Origin: Okamejei kenojei
Lineage: Eukaryota
Assembly (NCBI GenBank): GCA_035221665.1
Contig: CM069168.1
Coordinates: forward strand, 2,914,001-2,978,000
DNA length: 64,000 nt
Direction: 5' to 3'
The notes below the pieces were generated by a model. That model made no database searches and was not told where the DNA came from. It was given only the letters and a program-made list of their open reading frames with translations. How positions within the stretch are numbered: the stretch's first letter is position 1; each line of letters starts with the position of its first letter. The translations under genes and the position numbers were made by a program. Below are positions 1 through 64,000 of the stretch, one piece after another.

Positions 1-2755
1 GCCACAACAACCTATTTTGCTGGCAAACTTAGGCCAAAGTAGCTTTTATCTCTCAATTTATTCTTTCTACCATCCCTGAAGACTGTGGTTGATATGGTAT
101 GTGTAATTTCCACTTGAACCCAAGAGCCGTCGACAGGTTCTGAACTAATTTACTGGTAAAATTAGTTTATCTGTCACTGTTTATTCCCATGGGTATCCCG
201 AATCTATGTATTATTTCTTTCATTTAAATATTGACTACTGTCCTTGCGTCATCCCTCCTTGTGGGGTGTGCTTCCACCCATCTGAAGAACATCAACTATG
301 ACCAGACTGTACTCAAAACCCTTTGCTGCTGGCACATGTATAAAATTAATTAGCTAATTCTCAACAGGCATTTCAGCTTGTGGTAGGTGATCAAATGTTG
401 CAGGCGTCTTCCCTCTATTATTTTGTTGACACACTAGACATGTTGCAACTTTATCAATTAGGGTATGCCTGGTGCATACCATTGCTGGGACAATGCGTGT
501 GCCATCCCCCCTTATCCCATGTGAGCCTCTCCATGGGCTGGGCGAGACAGGGATAAAAATAGGCTCCTGAGGCAAACTACCCGACCATCAGGGTGGACTC
601 AGACAATGGGATCTTGATAACACTCTGCTTTGCTCCAGGAATTATTTTCCTGGAGTGATGCTGGACTCTGGGCATCCTGTAACTGGGCTACTTCAATGCT
701 AACCGGGAGCTTTCTTTGTGCTGCAGACTTAATTTTAGCCGATTGTAATGGCTAGATTTGCCTGAGGGCAATCTGTTTGGATACACAATCAGCTGATCTG
801 TTTCCCCTTGATACATCATCATCCGATGATGTATGAGCCGCACATTTAATAGCTACAATTTGCCGTGGCAATTGGATAGCATCCAATAAATGTAAGACCA
901 TTTTATCATACTTAATAGTCTTTCTTGGTGATGTGATGAATCCTCTATTTTTCCATAACTGCCCAAACTCATTTACAACCCCAAACGCATAGCGAGAATC
1001 AGTGTAGATATGAGCACTTTTATATTTTGCCAGTATGCAGGCATGAGTCAGGGCATACAGCTCAACTGCCTGAGTGGACGTTCCTGATGGTAAAGCGTAC
1101 GCCTCCAGCACTTGGTGTGGTGTGACCACCGCATATCCTGCTAATAATCTGTAATCGCTAGGTTGGTGAGAAGAGCCATCAGTAAATAGGACCAGATCAG
1201 GATTATCAATCGGATGATTCTGTAAAACCAGCCGGGGAGTGGCAGCGGTTTCCACAAGCAATAGACAATCATAGTCACAATCTTCTTCTGACAGTGGCAG
1301 CTGGGTTTATAGCAGGTGCTCACTGATAAGTATAATTCAGATGTGAGCTGGTAAAAGGATAGGCTACTGGGTCCTCCATAGTCGCAAACCCTTTTAATTA
1401 ATTTACATAAAGTTGAAAGGGCTTTTTATAGTTTGGTTATCCCAGCGCCGGAGCAGTAACCATAGCATTCTTTAGATTTCTAAACGTCTGGTCTCGTTTT
1501 GCAGTCCATACTACCCTAGAGGGCTCAGTCTGCAAGGTGGCTGAACGCAATGCTGCATCTAGTTCCCTGTAGTCATGGATCCATTGTCTGCAGTAACCCA
1601 CCATGCCTAAGAAGGAGAGAATGTCCTCCTTCGTCTTTGGGACCGGGACGTTCTCTATTGCTTTTATTCTGTCTCTTCCAAGACTCCTTCTACCTTCCTG
1701 CAGCTGGAATCCCAGATACTGTACACTAGGCTGGTAGAACTGTAATTTTCTCAGGGATACTTTATGCCCACTTCCTGCCAAAAGTTATGCCCACTTCCTG
1801 CCAAGAGTCTTCTTTACAATCAGGACCTGTCAGGCTACCAAAAGGTCATCGACATACTGGATCAAAGTAGACCTCTCTGATAATTGACAATCCTCTAGAT
1901 CATTTTTCACTGCTGGGGTAGCCTAGTCCAGGTGTATTGTTGATCCTTGTAGGTAAAAGCAACCAGGAACTGGCTGTCTTTATGCGGGGGTATGGAGAAA
2001 AAGGACGAGCCTAGGTCAATTACTGTAAAGGTGTCGGCTTCTGCCGTATTAAATGACAGAATAATATTGGTGTCAGGGACTAAAGGACCAATAGGGATTA
2101 CTATTTTGTTAATAGCTTTCATGTCTTGGACGAAACGCCATTAATTACATCTTCCTACTTTTGGGATTGGCAGAATAGGAGCATTACATGGACTTTGCGT
2201 GTTCACTAATACTCCTTGTAATAAAGACATGATGCTATCCCTCATTCAGCCTCTGGGATCAGTCGAACCTGTTCTAAACATGGCAAAGCAGCGTCCTTTT
2301 TTTAAATCACTTTACGTTGAGAGCTGAACGCACTCGCCCCACATGATTCTTAGGCTTTGCCCATAGTGCAGAGGGTACTTGGACCAGAGCCATTGGTAAC
2401 CTTGACGGTACCTCAGTAGGCGGCTGTTGCCTTTCAAAAATAGTGTCCCATTCCTTTCTGACCCATGTGATCTTTCCTTCTGTGTCATTAAAGAAGTCAA
2501 TCTGGACCTGTCCTTTTGCCATTGGCAACTTTAATAGATGAATTGACTGTTTGTCCTTCAGCCTCTTATTTCTTCTGCTGTTGCTGGAGGTCTAGTAGCT
2601 ACGGTCAAGTGCGACTCAGAAGTGTCTCCCATCTTAAATCGATCCCTTTGGTTTGGAGAGAGTTGGACCATTATTCCTAATCCCAGGACCCCAAAAAACA
2701 AATAAGGGGTCACTTTTAATTGTTCGAGTTTATTCAACCAGTATTCAACTATTCC
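1..2755 (-). mobile_element. Degenerate endogenous retrovirus pol (class I, epsilon-like): RT, RNase H, integrase; continues off the window start
   Basis: RT motif IQYVDDLL (YVDD 1845-1856) and YTWTRLPQ; RNase H LFTDGSS...AVELYAL...YTDSRYAF (752-1261); integrase WKLHIPYQPQSSGMVER (~60-120). Many stops and frameshifts. Confidence 0.9.
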
Positions 2756-2880
2756 AGGAAACAGTCTGGTGAACCTTCTCTGTACCCCTCTATGGCAAGA
2801 ATGTCTTTCCTCAGATTAGGAGACCAAAACTGTACGCAATACTCCAGGTGTGGCCTCACCAAGACCTGTAATACAAGAGG
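2751..2880 (-). mobile_element. CR1 LINE fragment truncating the ERV
   Basis: [15 protein letters not shown] motif of the CR1 ORF2 C-terminus. Confidence 0.85.
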
Positions 2881-3104
2881 TAATACTTCTTCCTTGTTCC
2901 TTGTATGTGTACATACTTGACCAATAAACTTACTCATTCATTCATTCATACGTCTAATCTTACTTTGCTGATTCTCACGAACATCTTCTGCACCTGGTCA
3001 AGCGAGAGCTGCCATTTGTCACATCCAAAACACCCTTTCGTTACGTTGTTCAATTCCAATCAAAATTAAGTAAAGAAGGATATTAATTTTTCTTCCACAG
3101 GTAG

Positions 3105-3720
3105 TAAGTAAGGAACGCAAACGCAATGCTAGTATTTATTTCAAGACTGCTAGAATACAAAAACAGGGATGTAATGCTGAGGCTCTATAAGGTGCTGGAC
3201 ATGCTGCATTTGGAGTATTGTGAGCAATTTTGATCATCATGTCTGAGGAAGGATGTGCTGGCTCTAGAGAGGGTCCAGAGGAGGTTTACAATTTTGACTA
3301 CACTGGGCCTGTACTCGCTGGAGTTTGGGAGGATGAGAGGGAAACTTACCGAATAGTGAAAGGCTTTCAATAGAGTGATATGGAGAGAATGTTTCCACTA
3401 GTGGGTTAGTCGAGGAGCAGTCATAGCCTCAGAATTCCTTTACGATGGAGATGGGGGGGAATTTCTTTAGGCAGAGGATGGTGAATGTGTGGAATTCTTT
3501 GCCAAGATAGGCAAAGTCAGTGGATAGTCAAAAGTCAAGCTGTGGAGACCAAGTCAATGGATAGGCAGAGGTACATAGATTCTTGATTAGTACGGGTGTC
3601 AAGGGTTATAGGGAGAAGGCAGGAGAATGAGGTTAGGAGGGAGAGATAGATCTGCCATGATTGAATGACAGAGTAGACTTGATGGGCCGAATGGCCTAAT
3701 TCTGCTCCTATCACTTATGA
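3105..3720 (+). mobile_element. CR1 LINE 3' fragment
   Basis: Degenerate ORF2 end and the CR1 3' UTR motif gggccgaatggcct. Confidence 0.85.
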
Positions 3721-3882
3721 CCTTTTCCATCATGACTGCCTTTCCTCCCAACGTTACCATCCCAGTCTGCAGGAATATCTGAGATGATCTTGCCTCCAAT
3801 GGGAAGTAACCCTTCCTCAATCTCCGTCATTCACATTTCTGGTTCCTGTCGAACGCTTCTGAGAAGATTAATTTTTTTTTAG

Positions 3883-56111
<52,229 letters not shown>

Positions 56112-56494
56112 ACAGTTCAATCCAAGTTCCCTGCTGGCAGTTGCTGTTTGGAACTTCCCACACATCCATCTGTAATTAGACAGTGACCTACTTCGCTTTT
56201 AACACCCGATTTAAAAAAAAAAGAAATTGATATGCTTTTGTTGTGGATTGTATTTTCCAGTAAGTGTTCTATGTTCAAGTGTGGCAGAAGGCTTGAACAG
56301 CAGTGTGTTGGCTGCTTTCAGCAGTCTTTAGTTCTTTATCACAGGCTTCTACGGTTTATTCAAAATATATCCAGAGTTTAAAGTTAACCAAGTGATTTTT
56401 ACAAGAATTCCTTTGCTATGTGTACATTTAAGCTGATCGTGAGTCTAAGATTAAGCTATGTCAGAACTTTTCTTACATGTGACCCGTTGCTCCA

Positions 56495-56500
56495 AATAAA
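56495..56500 (+). terminator. Likely SNRNP200 polyadenylation signal AATAAA
   Basis: First AATAAA I see after the stop (~385 nt downstream), followed by T/GT-rich sequence. Confidence 0.65.
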
Positions 56501-56610
56501 ATGTGAAATGCCTTTGTATTACATTTTTCAACAATTTTGTTCTTCACAACTCTGCACTTAAAGTGATAGCTAGAAAATGCTTCATTGGTCTTATTTCTTA
56601 TGCATCTAAG

Positions 56611-57535
56611 CAGGGCACTCACTTAACATTTTTTCCCTGTTGACAGCCGGGCAACCTAGGCAGCTTTTTAGGTTGCCAAAGGACAGATTAGGTGGTCATT
56701 TTAGACAGTTTGCATTACGCGTGTGATAATGTGCTCGGACGAAGTACGTAGTTACCAGTCGGAATTATGCTCAATGAAGCATTCACATATTATTTCTGCT
56801 TCAAATAAAGTCACAAACTAAACATATTCACCAATAAAGACATATATACCACAATGACATACCCTGGGCCATGGTAACATATATGCTTAACCATGCACAC
56901 TACAGATTGATGCAAGCATGTTTTCTGTGAAGGATCGAAAATTATCGTGACATGGCCATACCATGGGTCGTTATTGCTATTGGTGCAGAAACACTCGCTT
57001 CCCACAAAATTTATCCAAAATAAAATATACAGGTTGCAAGGAAATTTCTAATTTTATGATACTAGCTGTTAAAGCCAACTATACCCATCTGACAGGTTAA
57101 ACATTACACTAACTGACAAGAGATGGCCAAAGGACATAACTGCAGCAAATGTTCTTTTGGTAATATGTTTAAAGGTGTCAAAACGCTACATCACCGGACA
57201 TTCAGATTATATGTATGTGTTGCGAACAGCAACGAAGATACCCAGTTTGTACGCACCAGATTTTAATAAAATGATTGATAAACGCTGTTTCCATCATTCC
57301 CACGTCAGAATGAATGTTAAAATTTCAACTGAAATATCTCCTGACCAAATTTGTGATGTATATGACCAACTAGAAGTAAAACCTGGATAAATCCAAAGTA
57401 TTTTGCTCATTAAATAACTACAGTACTGATACACCATATTATGAGCATTGATTTGCCGTTAAAATGAATTCTGTAATAACGTGTCAACGGTAGCAGAGAC
57501 AATCGAACACTGAGGTTTTAATGTTTCGCTTTATG
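56611..57535. mobile_element. Probable hAT-type DNA transposon end, truncated by CR1
   Basis: Starts CAGGG with a subterminal ccgggcaacc...ggttgcc inverted motif; no second TIR in the window. Confidence 0.4.
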
Positions 57536-57539
57536 GATT

Positions 57540-58470
57540 AGGAGACCAAAACTGTCTTGCTTTTTGGATTAGGAGACCAAAACTGTACACAATACTCCAG
57601 GTGTGGTATCACCAAGACCCTGTACAACTGCAGTAGAACCTCCCTGCTCCTATACTCAAATCCTTTTGCTATGAATGCTAACATACCATTCGCTGCCTGC
57701 TGCACGTGCATGCCTACTTTCAATGACTGGTGTACCATGACACTCAGGTCTCGTTGCATCTCCCCTTTTCCCAATCGGCCACCATTCAAATAATAGTCTA
57801 TTTTCCTGTTTTTGCCACCAAAGTGGATAACCTCACATCCACATTATACTGCATCTGCCATGCATTTGCCCACTCACCCAACCTATCCAAGTCACCTTGC
57901 AGCCACCTTGCATCCTCCTCACAGCTAACACTGCCCCCCAGCTTCGTGTCATCCGCAAACCTGGAGATGTTGCATTCAATTCCCTCATCCAGATCATTAA
58001 TATATATTGTAAATAGCTGGGGTCCCTGCACCGAACCTTGCGGTACCGCACTAGTCGCTGCCTGCCATTCTGAAAGGATCTGTTTACTCCTACTCTTTGC
58101 TTCCTGTCTGCCAGCCAGTTCTCAATCCACATCAATACTGAACCCCGAATACCATGTGCTTTAAGTTTGCATACTAATCTCTTATGTGGGACCTTGTCGA
58201 AAGCCTTCTGAAAGTCCAGATATAGCACATCCACTGGTTCTCCCTTATCCACTAGTTACAGCCTCGAAAAATTCTATAAGATTCGTCAGACATGATTTAC
58301 CTTTCATAAATCCATGCTGACTTTGTCCAATGATTTCACCACTTTCCAAATGTGCTGCTATTCCATCTTTAATAACTGACTCTAGCAGTTTCCCCACTAC
58401 CGATGTTGGACTAACGGGTCTGTAAATCCCCGTTTTCTCTCTCCCTCCCTTTTTAAAAAGTGGGGTTACA
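57540..58470 (-). mobile_element. CR1 LINE RT fragment
   Basis: [30 protein letters not shown]. Confidence 0.9.
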
Positions 58471-58539
58471 TTATGTAGATGATATGTGTATACACCTTTA
58501 ATTGATAGTAACGATGTCCATGCTAACCTGTACAAAAGA

Positions 58540-61500
58540 TTCTGATAAGGGAGGGAGAGGAGCCTGATGTTGTGGTACACATAGGTACCAATGACATAGG
58601 CAGAAAAAGTGATGAGGTCCTGAAGGGAGAATTTAGGGAGTTGGGGGGAAAGTTAAGGAGAAGGACCAAAAGGGTAACGATTTCAGGATTACTGCCTGTG
58701 CCGCGTGACAGTGAGAGTAGGAATGAAATGAGGTGGAGGATAAATGCGTGGCTGAGGGACTGGTGCAGTGGGCAGGGATTCAAGTTTCTTGATCACTGGG
58801 ACCCTCTTTTGGGGAAGGCATGATCTGTACACAAAGGACGGGTTGCACTTGAGCCCGAGGGGGACCAATATCCTGGCAGGGAGATTTGCAAAGGCTACTG
58901 GGGAGACTTTAAACTAGAAAGGCTGGGGGAGGGACTCGGGTAGAGGGGGCTAGGGGTCAGGGTGTGGGGCAAGAGGCAGAGAAGGGAAGCACTCGGATCC
59001 AAAATGTAGGCGAGAAAGATGAAAAAGATAATAGACAGAGAATAAGGGATGGTGGGTTTCTAAAATGTGTATATTTTAATGCTAGGAGCATTGTAAGTAA
59101 GGTGGACGAACTTAGAGCCTGGATTGACACCTGGAAATATGATGTTGTGGCAATCAGTGAAACATGGTTGCAGGAGGGCTGTGATTGGAAACTAAATATT
59201 CCAGGATTTCGTTGCTTCAGGTGTGATAGAATTGGAGGGACCAGAGGGGGAGGTGTTGCATTGCTTGTCAGAGAATATATTACAGCAGTGCTTTGGCAGG
59301 ATAGATTAGAGGGCTCGTCTAGGGAGGCTATTTGGTGGAACTGAGAAGTGGGAACGGTGTAGCAACACTTTTAGGGGTGTATTATAGACCGCCAAATGGG
59401 GAGCGTGAATTGGAAGAGCAAATATGTAAGGAGATAGCAGATATTAGTAGTAAGCACAAGGTAGTGATTGTGGGAGATTTCAATTTTCCAAAAATAGACT
59501 GGGAAACACATTCTGTAAATGGGCTGGATGGTTTGGAGTTTGTAAAAATGTGTGCAGGATAGTTTTTTGCAGCAGTACATAGAGGTATCGACCAGAGAAG
59601 GGGCAGTGCTGGACCTCCTGTTAGGAAATGAGGCAGGTCAGGTGACGGAGGTATGCGTTGGTGAGCACTTCGGGACCAGTGATCACAATACCATTAGTTT
59701 CAATATAATTATGGAGAGAGTCAGAACTGGACCTAGGGTGGAGATTTTTGATTGGAGAAAGGCTAACTTTGAGGGAATGAGTAAGGATTTAAAAGGAATG
59801 AATTGGGACACTTTGTTTCATGGGAAGGATGTAGAAGAGAAATGGAGGACATTTTAAAGGGGAAATTGTAAGAGTACAGAATCTTTATGTCCCTGTTAGG
59901 TTGAAAGGAAATAGTAAAAATTGGAAAGAGCCATGGTTTTCAAGGGAAATTGGACACTTGTTTCGAAAAAAGAGAGATATCTACAATAATTATAGGAGGC
60001 ATGGAGTAAATGAGGTGCTAGAGGAGTATAAAGAATGTAAAAAGAATCTTAAGAAAGAAATTAGGAAGGCTAAAAGAAGATATGAGGTTGCTTTGGCAAG
60101 AAAGGTGAAAGTAAACCCAAAGGGTTTCTACAGCTATATTAATAGCAAAAGGATAACGAGGGATAAAATTGGACCATTAGAGAACCAGAATGGACAGCTA
60201 TCTGCAGGGCCAAAAGAGATGGGGGAGATATTGAACAATTTCTTTTCTTCGGTATTCACCAAGGAGAAGGATATTGAACTCGGTGAGTTAAGGGGAAAAA
60301 GTAGAGTAGCTATGGAAACTATGAGATTCAAAGAGTAGGAAGTACTGACACTTTTGAAAAATATAAAAGTGGATAAGTCTCCAGGTCCTGCCAGGATATT
60401 CCCTAGGACATTGAGGGAAGTTAGTGTAGAAATAGCAGGAGCTATGACAGAAATATTTCAAATGTCATTAGAAACGGGAATAGTGCCGGAGGATTGGCGT
60501 ACTGCGCATGTTGTTCCATTGTTTTAAAAAGGGTTCAAAGAATAAACCTAGCAATTATAGACCTATTAGTTTGACGTCAGTGGTGGGCAAATTAATGGAA
60601 AGGATACTTAGAGATAATATATATAAGCATCTGGATAAACAGGGTCTGATCAGGAACAGTCAACATGGATTTGTGCCTGGAAGGTCATGTTTGACAAACC
60701 TTCTTGAATTTTCTGAAGCGGTAACTAGGGAAATTGATGAGGGTAAAGCAGTGGATGTAGTCTATATGGATTTCAGTAAGGCCTTTGACAAGGTTCCCCA
60801 TGGAAGGTTGGTTTAAGAAGGTTCAATCTTTGGGTGTTAATGGCGGAGTAGCAAGATGGATTTAACAGTGGCTGAATGGGAGATGTCAGAGAGTAATGGT
60901 GGATGGCTGTTTGTCAGGTTGGAAACCGGTGACCAGTGGGGTGCCTCAGGGATCTGTGTTGGGTCCACTGTTGTTTGTCATGTACATCAATGATCTGGAT
61001 GATGGGGTGGAAAATTGGATAAGTAAGTATGCAGATGATACTAAGATAGGTGGTGTTGTGGATAATGAAGTAGTTTTTCAAAGTCTACAGAGAGATTTGG
61101 GCATTTGGAAAAGTGGGCTGAAAGATGGCAGATAGAGTTTAATGCTGATAAGTGTGAAGTGCTACATCTTGGCAGGACAAATCAAAATAGGACGTACATG
61201 GTAAATGGTAGGGAATTGAGGAATGCTGTGGAACAGAGGGATCTAGGAATAACTGTGCATAGTTCCCTGAAGGTGGAATCGCATGTAGATAGAGTGGTAA
61301 AGAAAGCCTTTGGTGGTGCTGGCCTTTATAAATCAGAGCATTGAATATAGGAGTAGGAAGTAATGTTAAAATTGTACAAGGCATTGGTAAGACCAATTCT
61401 GGAGTATGGTGTACAATTTTGGTCGCCTAGTTATAGGAAGGATGTCAACAAAATAGAGAGAGTACAGAGGAGACTTACTAGAATGTTGCCAGGGTTCCAG

Positions 61501-61958
61501 CAACTATGTTACAGAGAAAGGTTGAACAAGTTAGGTCTTTATTCTTTGGAACGCAGAAGGTTAAGGGGGGACTTGATTGAGGTCTTTAAAATGATGAAAG
61601 GGATAGACAGAGTTGACGTGGATACGTTTTTCCCATTGAGGGTAGGGAAGATTCAAACAAGAGGGCATGACATGAGAATTAAGGGACAGAGGTTTCGGGG
61701 TAACGTGAGGGGGAACTTCTTTACTCAGAGGGTGGTGGCTGTGTGGAATCAGCTTCCAGCAGAAGTGGTGGAGGCAGGATCGATTTTAACATTTAAGAGT
61801 AAAGTGGATAGGTTTATGGACGTGAAGGGAATGGAGGGGTATGGTCTGAGTGCAGGTAGATGGGACTAGGGGAAGACAAATGGTCGGCACGGACTGGAAG
61901 GGCCGAGAGGGCCTGTTTCCGTGCTGTAATTGTTATATGGTTATATGGTTATATGGTT
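58540..61958 (+). mobile_element. Near full-length degenerate CR1 LINE: ORF1 end (SGNH/GDSL esterase-like) + ORF2 (APE endonuclease, RT)
   Basis: VHIGTND...DGLHL (ORF1); FNARS, ETW, GDFN, SDH (endonuclease); GVPQGSVLGP, YADD (RT); (GGTTATAT)n tail; frameshifts. Confidence 0.93.
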
Positions 61959-61959
61959 A

Positions 61960-62385
61960 ACCGCGTGATGTCGGGATTGAGGGCAATCCTGTAGCTGCAG
62001 GGCAACTTCCCCAGCTTCGAGTCAAACCGGTCCGGGAATTCGGGGTTCAGGGGTGCCTCTACCAGGTGGACATCACTGTGGAAGCTCACCAATCCGAGGT
62101 CCTGGCAGGCCTCCACGCCGAGCAGGGGGTCACATTTACCGTCTAGCAGGAAGAAAGAGAGGGGCCGAGTGGTCTTCAGCACCTTGCAGTGGAGAGTGGC
62201 CCTCCCCACAGGAACAAGTACGCCACCCCCATAGGCACGCAAAACAGTACTGTCTGTGGAAACGGGCTCATTATTTCTTATCTTCCTGAACAGGCCTGTT
62301 GACATAACATTGGCAGCAGCCCCCGTATCCACCTTAGCAGAGAAGGCCATGCCATTCACCGTGACCCGGACGGTTGGGTCCGTTA
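61960..62385 (-). mobile_element. Ty3/Gypsy aspartic protease fragment
   Basis: AKVDTGAAANV, LRAYGG, PLLG. Confidence 0.85.
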
Positions 62386-62478
62386 TCAGAGCAGCTGCAC
62401 CTCGCAAGGAAAACAAGAACGAAATACGGATCTGCATCAACCCTAAGGACGTGAACTTGGCCATCAGGCGCCCGCACT

Positions 62479-62652
62479 ATCTCACTTCTGACACCATGTA
62501 GAGAAGGTACACAGACACCTTAAAGTCTTCACTACTTTATTAAGCATACATTATATATAGCCCTGGTTGTACGTGGTCTGTCACGATCACTAGAGAGAGA
62601 GCTAGGGGCGTGTGGGTTACAATTATACTAACTGGTGGGGGAGTGGTTAGCA
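62479..62652 (-). mobile_element. Gypsy LTR segment plus primer-binding site
   Basis: Minus strand: TATA-like, AATAAA (62536-41), ...CA, then PBS TGGTGTCAGAAGTGAGAT (62479-62496), complementary to a tRNA-Leu 3' end as I recall it. Confidence 0.75.
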
Positions 62653-64000
62653 TGGTTTGGCCTCGGGGCCGCCTGCCTGCAGATCCATGACGGGGTGCAA
62701 CTGCCTGTGTCCTATGCATCCCGCACAATGACGACCGCTGAACAACACTATGCCCAGATTGAGAAAGAGCTGCTGGCAGTTGCCTTTGCCTGCTCCAAAT
62801 TCAAAGACTATGTCCTGGGCAACTGCTTCACTGTCGAGACGGACCACCAGCCTCTGGTCACCATCCTCAACAAGCCGATACACATGGCCTCCTCCCGGCT
62901 CCAGCGCATGATGCTCCAGCTACAACGCTTCACTTTCACAGTGGTTTATCGCAAGGGCAAGGACATGTTTGTTGCTGACACGCTGTCTTGGGCGCCTCTC
63001 TCATCCGACATCCGTACGAGACGTCCGATCTGATAGTCCTAAACGTTAACTTCGTGCCCTCCGGTCAGTTGAAGTCCCTAGCCAAGCACACGGCAGCCGA
63101 CGCTTCGCTACAGCAGCTGGCCGCGATCATCAGGCAGGGTTGGCCAGACCGCCGTTCTTCCCTGCCGGCCGCAGCGGTGCCTTACTTCTTGGTTCGTGAC
63201 GAGTTGGTGCTGCGTGATGGTGTGATTGTGAAGGGGCACAAGGTGGTGGTGCCCGCAGCACTACGAGAACAATACTTCGAAACCGCTCATCGTGGCCGAG
63301 GCGACCCTTTCCATCGCTCAGAGACAGTTTTTCTGGCCTGACATGCCTCGCTACTTCCGGGATAGGGTCTCCGCGTGCCCTACCTGTAACAGCCTCGCTC
63401 CACAGCAACAGCGGCAGCCGCTCCTGCAGCAGCCAGCTGCTGACCTGCCATGGTCTGCGCTAGCAACCGACATCTTCGAGTGGCACGGAAAGCACTTCCT
63501 GGTGCTTGTCGACTCTTACTCCAGCTGGTTTGAAGTTGACCAGCTCCACTCCCTCTCTTCCTCCGCGGGCATCGAGAAGTTGCGCCGCCACTTTGCCAAC
63601 TTCGGGTCTCCGGCCAGCCTGCAGTTGGACAACGGCAGCCAGTTCACCAGTGCCGAGTTCCGCGCTTTTGCCGAACGATGGAACTTTCGTCATAACACCA
63701 GCAGCCCGGAATACCCGCAGAGCAATGGACTGGCCGAGCGCGCGGTCCGCAGTGCTAAAGGATTGTTGGAACGTTGCCGCCTATCCCGCTCCGACATCTA
63801 CCTGGCCCTGCTGAACCTCCGCAACATCTCCCGCGACCATGCCCTGGGCTCCCCGGCTCAGCGACTCATGTCCCAAGTCACGAGGCCCACGGTCCCGGTG
63901 TCTCAGCAGTCCCTGTCCCCCTCCGTCTTTAAACCTGCCTTGGTCCAGAAACGCATTACCGAAAGACACAGTATCCAGAAGCGTTCCCACGACAGGTCCT
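62653..64000 (+). mobile_element. Ty3/Gypsy RNase H and integrase, degenerate, runs off the window end
   Basis: YAQIEKELLA, ETDHQPL, RLQRM; LVLVDSYS, DNGSQF, SSPEYPQSNGLAER. Confidence 0.92.

Noticed and set aside
57540-61958. Twin-primed (5'-inverted) single CR1
   Set aside because: The two opposite-strand pieces cover the same RT region and differ in sequence, so they are independent insertions.

Overview
Eukaryotic (vertebrate) genomic DNA. The repeat content (V-SINEs, a Deu-SINE, abundant CR1, Penelope-like termini) suggests a cartilaginous fish, probably a skate or ray (inference). The only host gene is the 3' two-thirds of SNRNP200/Brr2 (U5 snRNP 200 kDa helicase) on the + strand. I read 29 coding exons from 3883 to the stop at 56111. 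They total 4257 nt (1418 aa plus stop), splice in one continuous frame, include one GC-AG intron and are followed by AATAAA at 56495. Introns and the downstream flank are packed with mobile DNA: a degenerate class I (epsilon-like) endogenous retrovirus, a nearly intact Passport-like Tc1, a second Tc1 family, hAT elements, three Helitron-like elements, CR1, Rex1/Babar, Penelope-like elements and a scrambled Ty3/Gypsy element. The most striking observation is a ~140-bp TSD-flanked retroposon (two copies, both antisense to the gene). Its 5' 54 nt fold into a complete minimal HDV-like self-cleaving ribozyme whose first G sits exactly at the insertion boundary, i.e. a ribozyme-headed SINE. Other leads are hammerhead-like cores in the Penelope termini and a 2H-phosphodiesterase-like segment in the ERV pol. 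All calls are by eye, with no database searches run; TE boundaries without TSD/TIR evidence are approximate.
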